A DNA stretch of 64,000 nucleotides from Piromyces finnis finn (Eukaryota > Fungi > Neocallimastigomycota). A model generated the notes under the pieces. The model was given only the letters and a program-made list of their open reading frames with translations. It ran no database searches and was not told the origin of the DNA. Shown here piece by piece: positions 26,482 to 38,619 of the stretch (the stretch's first letter is position 1; every line of letters begins with the position of its first letter). The position numbers were made by a program, and so were the translations under genes. Where the stretch lies: the NCBI GenBank assembly GCA_002104945.1, contig MCFH01000001.1:1984001-2048000 (forward strand), written 5' to 3'.

Positions 26482-28041
26482 ATGGACTATCTAAATTATA
26501 ATAATAGAAGAGTCATTACTATAAAACCAACTGTTGATATTGTTTTTAAAAGATTATTTGGTAATGAAAAGAATAAAGAAATTTTGGTTCATTTCTTAAA
26601 TAGTATATTAAAATATTATGGTCATTTTGATTTTAATATTAACAATATTAAATTTATTGATAAGGAATTGAGAGAAGAGAGTTTAAAAGAGAAATTTCCT
26701 AATGCTGATATATTAGTAAGTAAATTTAAAAGACTAAAAAAAAGAAAATTATTATCAGGTGATAGTTCAGAAGAGAATGACGAAGAACTCATAAACATTG
26801 AAATTCATGTTTCAAATGTAGGTAGTATGTTAAATCAATCTGAATTTTATGCTTCAAGATTAATGTCCAATACTGTATCAAAAGGACGGGCATATGAAGT
26901 TATTCCAGAAATCATTATGATTAATATATTAAATTATAAAATGTTTGACGATAGAATCGGCTATAGATACTTTCCTAGAAATGGTGTAGCTTTTTATAAA
27001 GGAAAGTTTTATCAAAATGTCAATGGAAAGTTAATCGACGAAAAAATGAATATTCTCATTGACAAAAAGGGTAATGAAATAATAATGGATAATGATAGTT
27101 GTAATTGTAAATTATCAACAATTCACTTTATTGAATTACCTAAATTTAAAATTAAGAATAAAAACAATAATGACGATAATGTTTACAATAATAATTTAGA
27201 TAAATTATTATATAATAATAAAAAAAATGATGGCAAAGATGATGGCAAAGATGATGACAAAGATGATATCGAAAATGATGACAAAGATGATATCGAAAAT
27301 GATGACAAAGATGATATCGAAAATGATGACAAAGATGATATCGAAAATGATGACAAAGATGATATCGAAGATGATGATATTAGCGATGAAGAGGAAAATC
27401 TATGGATCAAATTTTTAAATAATCCAAATGATCCAATATTTAGAAATGAAGATACAGAAGATGTATACAAAAAAGCAAGATCTGAATTATTACTTTTACA
27501 AGATGATGAAAAATTTAAAAAAGAATATAATAGTAGAATAGATTCAATAATAACAGAAAAATCAATTCGAGAGTATGATAAAAGAAAATATTTAAAAGAA
27601 GGCGAAGAAATTGGAGAAAAGAAAGGAATAATAAAAGGAAGAAAAGAAGGAGAAGAAATTGGAGAAAAGAAAGGAATAATAAAAGGAAGAGAAGAAGGAA
27701 GAAAAGAAGGAAGAGAAGAAGGAAGAAAAGAAGGAAGAAAAGAAGGAAGAAAAGAAGGAGAAGAAATTGGAATAAGAAAAAGTCAAATTAAAACTACATT
27801 TAAATTTTTCCATTCAAATTTCGATTCATCTTTTATTAAAACATTATCTGAACTTCCAGAAAATGAAATAAACATTATTGATGAATTCTTAAAGGAATCT
27901 GAACGTAATGCTACGGATTTAGCCGAAAAATTAAATATTGATGCCAATTTTATTTATGAAACTTGTGATTCTTTTAAAATTTCCTATTATACTTCTATTG
28001 AAGATGATGAAAATAAAAGTAGTAAAAAAATAAAAATTTAA
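26482..28041 (+). CDS. Rpn family / PD-(D/E)XK nuclease, copy 2, divergent from copy 1
   Basis: Near-identical to copy 1 apart from repeat-number differences; start codons are 554 bp apart. Confidence 0.88.
   Translation: MDYLNYNNRRVITIKPTVDIVFKRLFGNEKNKEILVHFLNSILKYYGHFDFNINNIKFIDKELREESLKEKFPNADILVSKFKRLKKRKLLSGDSSEENDEELINIEIHVSNVGSMLNQSEFYASRLMSNTVSKGRAYEVIPEIIMINILNYKMFDDRIGYRYFPRNGVAFYKGKFYQNVNGKLIDEKMNILIDKKGNEIIMDNDSCNCKLSTIHFIELPKFKIKNKNNNDDNVYNNNLDKLLYNNKKNDGKDDGKDDDKDDIENDDKDDIENDDKDDIENDDKDDIENDDKDDIEDDDISDEEENLWIKFLNNPNDPIFRNEDTEDVYKKARSELLLLQDDEKFKKEYNSRIDSIITEKSIREYDKRKYLKEGEEIGEKKGIIKGRKEGEEIGEKKGIIKGREEGRKEGREEGRKEGRKEGRKEGEEIGIRKSQIKTTFKFFHSNFDSSFIKTLSELPENEINIIDEFLKESERNATDLAEKLNIDANFIYETCDSFKISYYTSIEDDENKSSKKIKI
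27229..27372 (+). repeat. Coding minisatellite: five 24-bp units (DDKDDIEN) preceded by two 12-bp units
   Basis: GATGACAAAGATGATATCGAAAAT at 27253, 27277, 27301, 27325 and 27349. The unit order differs in copy 1, and the array is almost absent in the pseudogene. Confidence 0.9.
27598..27775 (+). repeat. Coding EGRK/EEIG repeat array
   Basis: 12-bp GAAGGAAGAAAA-type units plus a duplicated EGEEIGEKKGIIKGR block; the array is shorter in copy 1. Confidence 0.85.
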
Positions 28042-30518
28042 TCAAAAAAATAAATGAAACAAAATTCAATGAATATATGTAGTTAATTTTATAATTAATT
28101 TTATAATGGTTAACTTTTATTTTAATATATTTTATTTATATAGTTCATTATATTTTTATACTTTGAATATGTATTTTATTTTTCTTATCATTCACAAAAA
28201 AATAAACAAATAAATAAAATGTAATATTTTAAATGTAAATAATAAAATTATAAAAACTCTATATATGTATATATAAACTATTATTCATTTTTTTATTTAC
28301 AAATATATATTCATATTTTTATAGTTTTTAATTTTAATAATGATATCAAACTCAAGGAACTCTCGTAAGTTCTTTATGAAATGTTTTTTAAATGGAAATA
28401 ATAATTTTGTTTTAATTTTAATTATAAAAGAAACAAATTTCGATATCAACTTTTAAAATTCTAATCAACAAGTAGTATTAAAAAACATCAAATTAAAATT
28501 AACAATGTAATGTAATAATAATTTATTCAAATAAACTAAATTAAAAAAAAAAAAATACTATACAAAAAAATAAATGGAAAAAAATATTTTTTTTGAATTA
28601 ACAAAAATCAAATTCTTACTTAAATTTTTTTTTTTGATAATTATTATAGAAAAATAGATTACGACAAGTCTTAATATATCACTATAATTATTAACTTTTA
28701 TTTGGTTAATAGTAGCTATGATAGATCCTAAAATTCATAGAATAAACAAGAAATATCAAAATATATATTAGTAAAAAAAAAATATATTTCTACTGATATG
28801 AAAAGTATATTATCTTTATTAATATGTAATCTTTTAATGAAATTTTAAAAGTATAAAGTTTTTCATTAAATACAGATAAACCTTTTAATTCAATAAAAAT
28901 ATGAGTTCATTTAGTTTTCCTACTTTATCATAAACAAAAAAAGAAAAACTCTACATCATTTAATGAAAATTAATAAATAATTTGATTTTCTAATAATCTA
29001 TCTATTAATCAAATAAATTTATAGTATTTTTAGTAATGCTATATCGAATTGAAATTCCGTGTCATTTACTTGACATCTAAAAAAAATAAAGTTTTAATCT
29101 CTAATTTCATTTATATAACATTTCAAAAAAAAAAAAAAATTGATATGGTAAATTGATTAATCATTTTTTGTGTGTATGGGTATTGTTCTCCAGATTCATA
29201 TATTAATGAATAAATTTTTCAATCTGATATTTCTCTTTCTCTATCAAAATAAAAATAATAAAAAAGAAAAGATCCTCTAAAATAAATTTACTCATGATAA
29301 AATAAATATATGCATGTATACAAAAAGAAAAGGAAGATTCAATCAATTTTTTTTTTCAAAGCGTTATAAAAATAAATAAATAAAAATTGTTTATTTTTAA
29401 AACCAGAATTTCATTTATTTAATTAAAAAATTAATGTTACACAAAAATTTAAAAACAAAAATGAAATTTAGAAAAGTTAAACTTTTTATTGATTGCACTT
29501 AAACAAAAAGGTAGTTCAAAATTCATCTGGAATTCTTATTACTCTTTCAACATGGAATTAACAAAAACAAAACCTTACCTAATAATTAACCAAACATTTT
29601 AAAAATAAAACTTCTAAATTTCTTAAAATAATTTATATTTTTTTTTTCTTTTAGTTGCTACTACCTAGTTCATTCTTTTTCTCCAACAATTTTATACACA
29701 TACACCCATTTTTTTTTTTTTTTAATTTTTTTATTTTGTGAGAAATTTTATCGTTTTTTTTTAAATATAATTATAATTTTTCTATATTTCCTATTTTATG
29801 TAATTTATATATAAAATGGTGGTGATGATGACCTATTCGAAAACATTTTTCTTTATAGATTCAGAAAAATTATAAAATATTTTAATTATCAAATTTTTTT
29901 TAAAATTTTGAATAAAAAAGTTTTTAAGTTTTATTTGTAAAAGTTAATTGTAAATCGAATAATAACGAAAAAAAAATGTAAACAGTTTAAAAAATAAAGG
30001 TTTGACTACTTCAAATATTTTATATAGCTTACATATAAAATAGTAATTATTACTACTATTTTTCAAAAAATAGATATAGTATTTTTATACTAAATTTCTA
30101 AGTTATTTAGACGATAACTATTTTCCCCTTTATAATCTTATTTGTTTCATAAAATATCAAAGGTTTCAATGGTTTAATTTTATAAATATGTTTAAATTTT
30201 TTCTTTTTAATGAGGCCTCTTTTTTTTTTTTTTCTTAATTTTTTTCAAACAAAATTTTTGAAGAAATATTAATAATTTCTTGAATTATAGGTATGATAAA
30301 CGCTTTTTGTTGTTAAAAAATAAGTTGTCAATATAAATATTTTATAATTTTCAAAAAAAAAAAAGATAAATTTTTTTTGAAAAGTCTTCCAAAACTAATA
30401 AAAATTATTATTTTAAATAATAATAGTCTTTATTGTTTTATAAAACTTTTTTTATCTTTTATTTTCACAATAATAGATATATTGTATTTTAGCATAATTT
30501 TTTCTTTTTTCATCTCCT

Positions 30519-30692
30519 CTAGTACTTGCAAATAATGTATAAGGCGTGAATAATACCAGGTATATCACCTAATAGAGTTAAGATAACGTTGATCCAGAAA
30601 TCAGTGCATATACCTCTTTCAAAGAAGACACCAAGTGGTGGTAAAATGAAAGCAGCAACAATCTTACAGATATCAGAGCAAGTGAAAGGCAT
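30519..30692 (-). CDS. PMP3: Plasma membrane proteolipid 3 (PMP3/RCI2 family), 57 aa; missed by the ORF track
   Basis: Reverse complement translates to MPFTCSDICKIVAAFILPPLGVFFERGICTDFWINVILTLLGDIPGIIHALYIICKY*, with the PPLGVF and PGIIHA motifs. Confidence 0.92.
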   Translation of the reverse strand: MPFTCSDICKIVAAFILPPLGVFFERGICTDFWINVILTLLGDIPGIIHALYIICKY

Positions 30693-32565
30693 TTTTTGTT
30701 ATGGATTTATTAAATTACTTATGAATAATAAAATACTTTTTTTTTTTTTGGTGGTCTAAAACAAAGTTATTTATATTCCAAAAAAAAATGAATAATAAAA
30801 AAATAAAAATTAATTTCATAAGCCTTTACATTTTAATATATATAAATTTTATATTGATAATAGATTTAAAAATATATTAATTATTTTATCCTAAAGATAA
30901 AAAAATAAAACGTCATTTATAATTATTTAATTAATGCTTTATTTTCTTAATTATAAAACATAATTAAATAGAATTAATTGGACATAATATATGATGAATA
31001 TATATTACATTCAATTTAAAATATATGTAATTACTATTTACTTTTAAATTGTTCATTTTTTTTAAAAAAAAATAATTAATAAATCTACTGAGTTAATTCT
31101 ATTTAAATAGATAATAAACATTTCTATTTAAATGTATTATCAAACCAATATAAATAATATTATTAATTATATATATAATAATATATTATTAACAAAGTTG
31201 AATTTAACAAATAATATATTAAAATAAAATCATTCATTTTTAAATTTTAAACTTTAATTATTAATAAATTATTCTATTTTCTTCTATTTCCAAGGAAATA
31301 AACTTTGAATGATAATACTAATTAAAGGTATCATTTTATATTAAAATCAAATGGGTTTTACATTTTTTTAAAAATATTATTGTTATATATAAATAGATAT
31401 ATTGATCAATATATTATAATATATATAACAATATTTATGTCAAAAGAAAAAAAAAAGGATTCTCTATAAATAATCCTTTATTCTATTGGTTAACTGGCAG
31501 TAAAAAAAGTTTTAACAAAAAGGGCACTTTTTGATTTTATTTATAGTCAGTTGCTTTTTTTAATGATCAATACATTAATGTAATACAAGGTGACAATGTA
31601 ATGTACCATGAAAGGTATCTTTTTTTACAGAAAAAAAAAACATCAAACGTACCGTAAAGTGAAGTTTTTTTTAAATAAAAAAGTAATAACACTTTCTATT
31701 GATAGAAAAAGTAAATAGTTTATTAAAGCTATGTATCTTCTAATTAATACAATAAAAATAATTTCATTGATCAAAAAAAAAAAGGAATATTATCATTTTA
31801 TACATATTATAAAAATTCAATATCAATATATTTATACCATTGGAATTGCTCATAGCATGTATCCATTCTAATTGAATTACTCATCATGAAAAAATTGAAA
31901 ATTAGTGATACTACCTAAAGTAAAAATACGATTTTTTATGGTCTATCTTTAAATAAATTGATAAAACTTTTCCATCAAAACTTTAAATAGTTTAGTTTTT
32001 TAAAATAAAGATTAGTATTATTCTGCTTTTCCAAGATAACATGTTATATAAAGGAAAAGAAAAGAAAGCAATCCTTAAACAATAAAAATCAAACCTTTTT
32101 TTTATATTGATATTACAACTTTTTTCATTTATTTAAATGTAATAATGTATTAAAATGTAATGTAATTTCAACAATTATCAAAAACATATCTTTTATTATT
32201 TGTTTCAATTTATTTATTAACTATTTATTACATTTAATTTTTTATATAATTTATTATTGACTATTGACCATTGTTGATGATGTTTTTTAATTAGCATCCA
32301 TTACTATCGGCTATTCTTTTTATTGTCATCACTTATTATTAATTTTATCGTCCATTGCTATTATGACTAATGACATTGACTATTATCACTTTGTTGTTGT
32401 TATGGCCAACATAGCCAAAGAATAAAACAAATAATGAATTTTATTAAATGTTTCAAAATTAATAAAAATGGTTTTGACAGGTGGAATGCCTAAAAAGAAT
32501 TTTTTAAATTGATTTTACCTTTATATTGCATTCGATTTTAATATATAATAATTTAATATAATTTA

Positions 32566-32597
<32 letters not shown>

Positions 32598-33475
32598 ATT
32601 TTTTATTATAACCAAAGTTTTTTTTGGTTATGATTAGAATGTGTTTAGCCACAATAATGTTTGAAATGCAATATATTATAATTTATTACAAAATATATTA
32701 GTATAATATGTTCTTGTTAATTCTAAATTAAATAATATATGGTTTATTAAATTTCAATTCAAATGTTAAAAGTATTTATTACGAATTGGATACATTTTAT
32801 ACATTTACATTGTATTGGTATGTAAATGTATGTAATATAGTTTTATTAAAATGTTAATGATATAATTACATATAATTACATTGTGTATGTTATTAAATAT
32901 ATAATATTAATACTATTACTACTACTATCACATTTTAAAAGTCATTTTATAAGCATATAAATACTATTTTTTTAATACTTTTTATATGTTTTTTCTTAGA
33001 AATCTTCTATTGATGGCTTATTTATTATTTTTTTTAAAAAAAAAAGTTTAATAATTGAAAAGAATTTTATTATAACATGGAATGAATTTTTAAACTTTTT
33101 TTATATAAACACTTTTTAATTATTATTATTATTCCTAATAGTAATAGTAATCATTAAAATTATCATAATAGAATGTATTATCATATTGTATTAATTGTAT
33201 GTTTATTATTTCATAGTGGTCTGGTGGCATTTTCCATTTTTAAAATATTATTTAAAAAAAAAAAAAGAAATTTAAAAAATTCATTAAATGCCTTTTCTTT
33301 TTTTTTTTATTGTTGAATATTCTTTTATGATTTTTTTAATAAATAAAAATTTAAATTTAAATGAAGCTAGTTTTTTTTCTACCATTGGAAAATTCTTTGA
33401 ATTAAAAATATGGCTTACTTTTTTATAATTAAAAATTATTTTAATTAATTGTTTATGATTGTTGCTTTAGTATTG

Positions 33476-33689
<214 letters not shown>

Positions 33690-36199
33690 ATTTTTTCTCA
33701 CTAACTAGTCATCAACTGTTATATTTTTATATAATTTCTTTTTTTTTTTTTAATTCTCATCTATTCATTTATTTTTCTATAATAATAGTATTAAATATTA
33801 AATAGAATAGATAGCCCTAATTATAAACTACTTTCTTTTTTCATTATAATTACAAAATATTATTTGTTAATTTTAATAAAGCAACCACTCTATATATTAC
33901 TTTTAATAACATTATATAAATACAATATACTAAAAAAAAAGGAAATTCAAAATTAAAACTTTAAATATTTTTATATATAATTATAAAAAAAAAAAACATT
34001 TTTTATTACTTTTACTTTGAAAAAAAAATTATTTCAAATGTATAAATATAATATATATTATATATATATATTGTTAATCCAATACACCAACACTATGTTT
34101 GGTAAAAAAAAAAACAAGCATTGTTAATTCACTAAACCTTTTTTTTTCATCTGAATTAAATATCATAATAACTAATATTATAATATATATTTTTTATATT
34201 GATGACCAAGTTTTTGTTAAATTACCTTTTTTTTTTTTTTTTTTTGAAAATAAAATAGAATAGAAAAGTTACTACTTTTAAAGTTAAATTAACCAATGAA
34301 CAATAACAATACATTAAGTTATTCACTTATTAAAACTATTTAGTTATTACAAAAAAAAAGAAGGGAATGTAATATTGAGATTATTGTTTTATGAATAAAT
34401 AATAATAATAATAAAAGCGAAATAAGATTTCATTATTATACATAATTTTTACTCCATTTAATTTTTATTAATAAAAAATTATTGTTTGCTTATATAAAAA
34501 TTTAAATATTGAAATTATAAAAAATTAGAAATGATATTAAAATGCTTTTTTCTATGTATATATATATATAATACTTTAAAAGCATTTATATTAATCCTTA
34601 GTTTATGAAATTGACTTGTCTAATAATAAATACTATTAAATTCTTTATTTTCTATAATTCCTAATAATTTTTTTATTTCATTGTCACAACATTTTTTATT
34701 ATAGCACAACCTGACTTTAATTGTTGTTTACATTTCTATAAATATTCTAATCACTATTGGTTAATACACACCGCCAACATTTTTTGATATTAATTAAAAG
34801 TATATTTAATAATAAATAAATAAATAAATAAATAAATAAAAATTGATCCACATTTTATTAATAAATAATATTTTTAATTATATATAATTTTTTTTACAAT
34901 ACACAATGCATTACAATATTTTTACAATATATTGTATATAAAAAAAAAAGCATTAAAGCATATGCATAGCATTAAGACATCAAATATAATAAAAAAAATA
35001 ATAATAATATATCAATATTATAGGATTTTTTATCAATTTAATATTTAATATTACAATATTTTATTTTTTTTTTAAAAAAAAATAAAAAATATTTTATGGA
35101 ATACAAAAACATACATACAAAACATTTATAACCAAAAACTAATAATAAAAAAAATTGGATAGAATTAAAAAAATTAATATATATTTAAATGAGTAAAAAC
35201 ATAATAATATAAATAAATTTTTATTTAAATACTAAAAATTAAAAGATAGACTTTAAAATCAAATTTCAAATTAAAATAAAAAAATAAAATAATTAAAACA
35301 TAAAATATTTATGAAAAGAAAATAAAAAAAAAAAAAAAAAAAAGAGGACTATTATTATTTATTCAAATACAAAAAAAGGAGAAATTTTTAATCAAATATA
35401 CATATATGTGCAAAATTTAAATACTATTCTTTGATTAATAATTCATTAAAAATTAAAGAATTTTACAAACATCGATAATATTATGTATATGTATAAAAAA
35501 TAATAAAAAGAAGAAATTTCGATTCAATTAAAAGTTTGTCAATAAAACTTAAATATAAATAATTGAACAATAAAACTTAATCGAAAAAAAAATTGATTAT
35601 AAAAAAAAACGAATTTCTTATAATTAAATATAATTATATATATATTATTATAAGAAGAAGAAGAAAAAAAAAAATATCATCGCCAAAGAAAGAATAATAA
35701 TTATCTTTTTTTCGAATAATACCTTAATATAAAGAATAATATTTTTTTTTCATTTTATTCAGTATTTAAGATAAATCATTATATTACAATAATTATTATT
35801 TCATAAAAAAAAAAGAAAAGAAAAAAATAAAATAAAATTAATTTAAAATAAAAATAATACTTGTTACTCTTATACCAAAATTAGTAACAATCAATATAAA
35901 AATTAATATATATTACAATTGATTTTACGCAAAAGCACTAATTAATATAATATAATATTTCCCCTTTTTAAAAAAATATATATATTAACAAGTTAAAAAA
36001 GAAATAAATAAAATTAATCAAAAAATAATGAAAATATAATTTATTCATTATTTAACATATAACTCAAAAAAAAAAAAGTTAAATTTATCTAAAATTAAGA
36101 GTAATAATATAATATCATACTAACAACAATAAAAATAAATAATCGACAATAAAAAAAAAAAACATATATGTAAAAATTAAAGTTAAAAAAAAAAAAACA

Positions 36200-36388
36200 A
36201 TGACAAGTAATTTTAGAAAAGCCTATTATGGTTCACTAGGGGTACAAGTAGTTGAAATTAAACCTTCGGTTGAATCAGCGTTATCCGATGATGAACTTGG
36301 TTAGCTTTTTTATTTTATTATAAATTTTAAAAAAGAAATTTTAATTTATATAAATTTCAAATGAAATGGGATTTCAATGAAATTCAAT

Positions 36389-36422
<34 letters not shown>

Positions 36423-37401
36423 AATTTTTAAAATACGAAATAAACCATAAATATTAATAGACACTCTTTTTATTATTGTATACAAAAGATCTTGAAAAAT
36501 TAAGCAAACTTTGTCTATGGGTAAGAATTCCACATTCCTATCGTTCAACAGTATGGAAAGTTTTATTAGGTAAATCGTTATTAATTGTCCAATATTTTAT
36601 TTTAAACAATAACTAATTAAAGGGAAAATAGGAAGGAAAAATAGAGAAAGTAATATAAATAATAATTTATTAACACAATATATATATTATCAAACTTTTG
36701 AAAAAAAAATGTTTCAAATAAATCTTTATAGGTGTACTACCGACTTATAAAGTCACCTGGGAATTTGCTGAAAAGCAAAGAAAAGAACAATATGATGACC
36801 TTAAGAAAACTATCGCGTTTATTTTTCCAGAAAAATATAATAAAGAAATGTAGATATAAACTTTTTTTTTTTTTAATTATTATATAAATTGTCATAGCAG
36901 TTGGTATAATGATAGAATAAAAAATAATACATCAAAACAGAAATTTATATATATATCATTTACTTATATTAATGATTTTTTATATATATCTCAATATATA
37001 TTTATAGTAAAGATGATGATATTACACCAGAAATACTGATTCAAATGATGATTATTTATTATTTGTCAAAATTTCCAACAAAAATAATAAAGGTTCCTAT
37101 TCATAATGATTTTGTTATTAAATTAAATATATATATATTAAGTCAATAAATTTTATTAAAATAACATTATTGTTTATCTTAAATACATTTAATACTATAA
37201 TCTTACTAAATGGGAATAAAAAAAAAAAAATAGCTATCGGATTATCAAGTAAATAAAGCATATCTTTCCATGGCAAAGGCTTTCTTAGAAATTTGTGATA
37301 ATAATGCTGTAGATGCCTTTTGGAATATAACTTTTTTCTTTAGATTACAAGTTCTTGCTCAGGATGATATGTCATGGATATTTGAAGAAGAAATGGTGGT
37401 A

Positions 37402-37434
<33 letters not shown>

Positions 37435-38619
37435 GTTTATTATTATTATTATGTTTATTATTATTATGTTTATTATTATGTTTATTATGTTTATTATTAT
37501 TATTATTATTTGATAGTTTATTTGAATAAATTCCAATAATTTATTCATTTTTTTTTTTTTTTTCATGAGAATTGTCTTGTAAAAAAATCTTTAATAGAAT
37601 ATACCGAATAATGAAAAAAAAAAAAAAAAAGTTTAATAATTTTTATTTTTTTATTTAAGAATTCTTTTAAAAACTATGTATTCACTATTCCATTTTAATT
37701 TATTTATTGTACTGTATACTTTAATAGCAACAACCTACTTTAATATCAGATGTCATTGTACTTGATAAACTATTACATACAAGAGAACCCTCTCTTTGGA
37801 GACATTTTCAAAGTTTGAATGTTCAACTGGATAATATTTATGCAAAGTAAATAAATGATACAATAATCATTGATAAATTTATTGCTATGTCATTATATAA
37901 TTACTCCTAGATACTTTGATAAATAAATAATAAGAAAATTGATTAAATATAAGATGTACCTATCTAATAATTTAAATTTCTTTTTTTTAAAAAAAAAAAA
38001 AAATCCTTAGATGGTCACAAAGTTGTTATGCTGATATTTTACCAAATCATTGCTTAGAAAGGTAAGAAGAAGAAGAAGAAGAATAAAAAAAACTATTAAA
38101 AGTAATAATTATAATGATAAGAATAATTACTCATCATTTATCCCATAAAATACTATTTTTTTTTAAGAATATGGGATATTATGATTGGTGGATCCCAAAC
38201 AATTCTAATCTATATAGCGTTAGGTATCATTACATCTTGTAAAAGCGAACTTTTAAAAATTACATCTGCTAATGAAGTAGAAAGTGTTTTCACCAAGGTA
38301 AGTTTATTTTGTTGTAAATATAGTAAGGATAATAGAAAAAATGAATGTTTCAAATTTCAAAATTTCTAAATCTAAATATATACATTATAGCAAATGAATT
38401 ATCTCGATTATGATGCTGTTACCACAAAGTCCATTTATTTATGGTAAATATCCTTGAGTATTAAAAATCAATATGTTTAATAATAAATAAAAAAATAAAT
38501 TTATTATTAATCATTTATTCATTTCATATCATTTCTATATTTCATACAACTTTTTATAATTTACAAAATAAAGGGAAAGAAGTCATCCAGGATTTGTATC
38601 TAACCAAATTGTCGAATAA
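36200..38619 (+). CDS. TBC1D7: TBC1D7-like protein (TSC complex subunit), about 10 exons
   Basis: Spliced pieces MTSNFRKAYY, DLEKLSKLC..RIPHSYRSTVWKVLLGVLP, RKEQYDDL, DAFW, IWDIMIGGSQTILIYIALGI and DAVTTKSIYLW are collinear with animal TBC1D7 as recalled (NFRSVYY, YRALVWKVLLGILP, RKEQYLD, IWDKVVSGS). The exon 4 donor is uncertain. Confidence 0.85.
37404..37510. repeat. Intronic (TAT)n/(TATGTT) microsatellite
   Basis: Directly visible after the exon 5 donor of TBC1D7. Confidence 0.9.

Noticed and set aside
27229-27372. CRISPR-like array
   Set aside because: Contiguous in-frame coding repeats with no unique spacers, in a eukaryotic context.
24963-27813. Ser/Phe/Met-rich ORFs at 24963, 27183, 27227 and 27592
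   Set aside because: Antisense or alternative-frame shadows of the Rpn repeats.
27598-28041. Separately translated RpnS-like antitoxin from an internal start
   Set aside because: No in-frame Met occurs in the C-terminal domain of either intact copy, and eukaryotic scanning would not use a Shine-Dalgarno start. An alternative transcript cannot be excluded.
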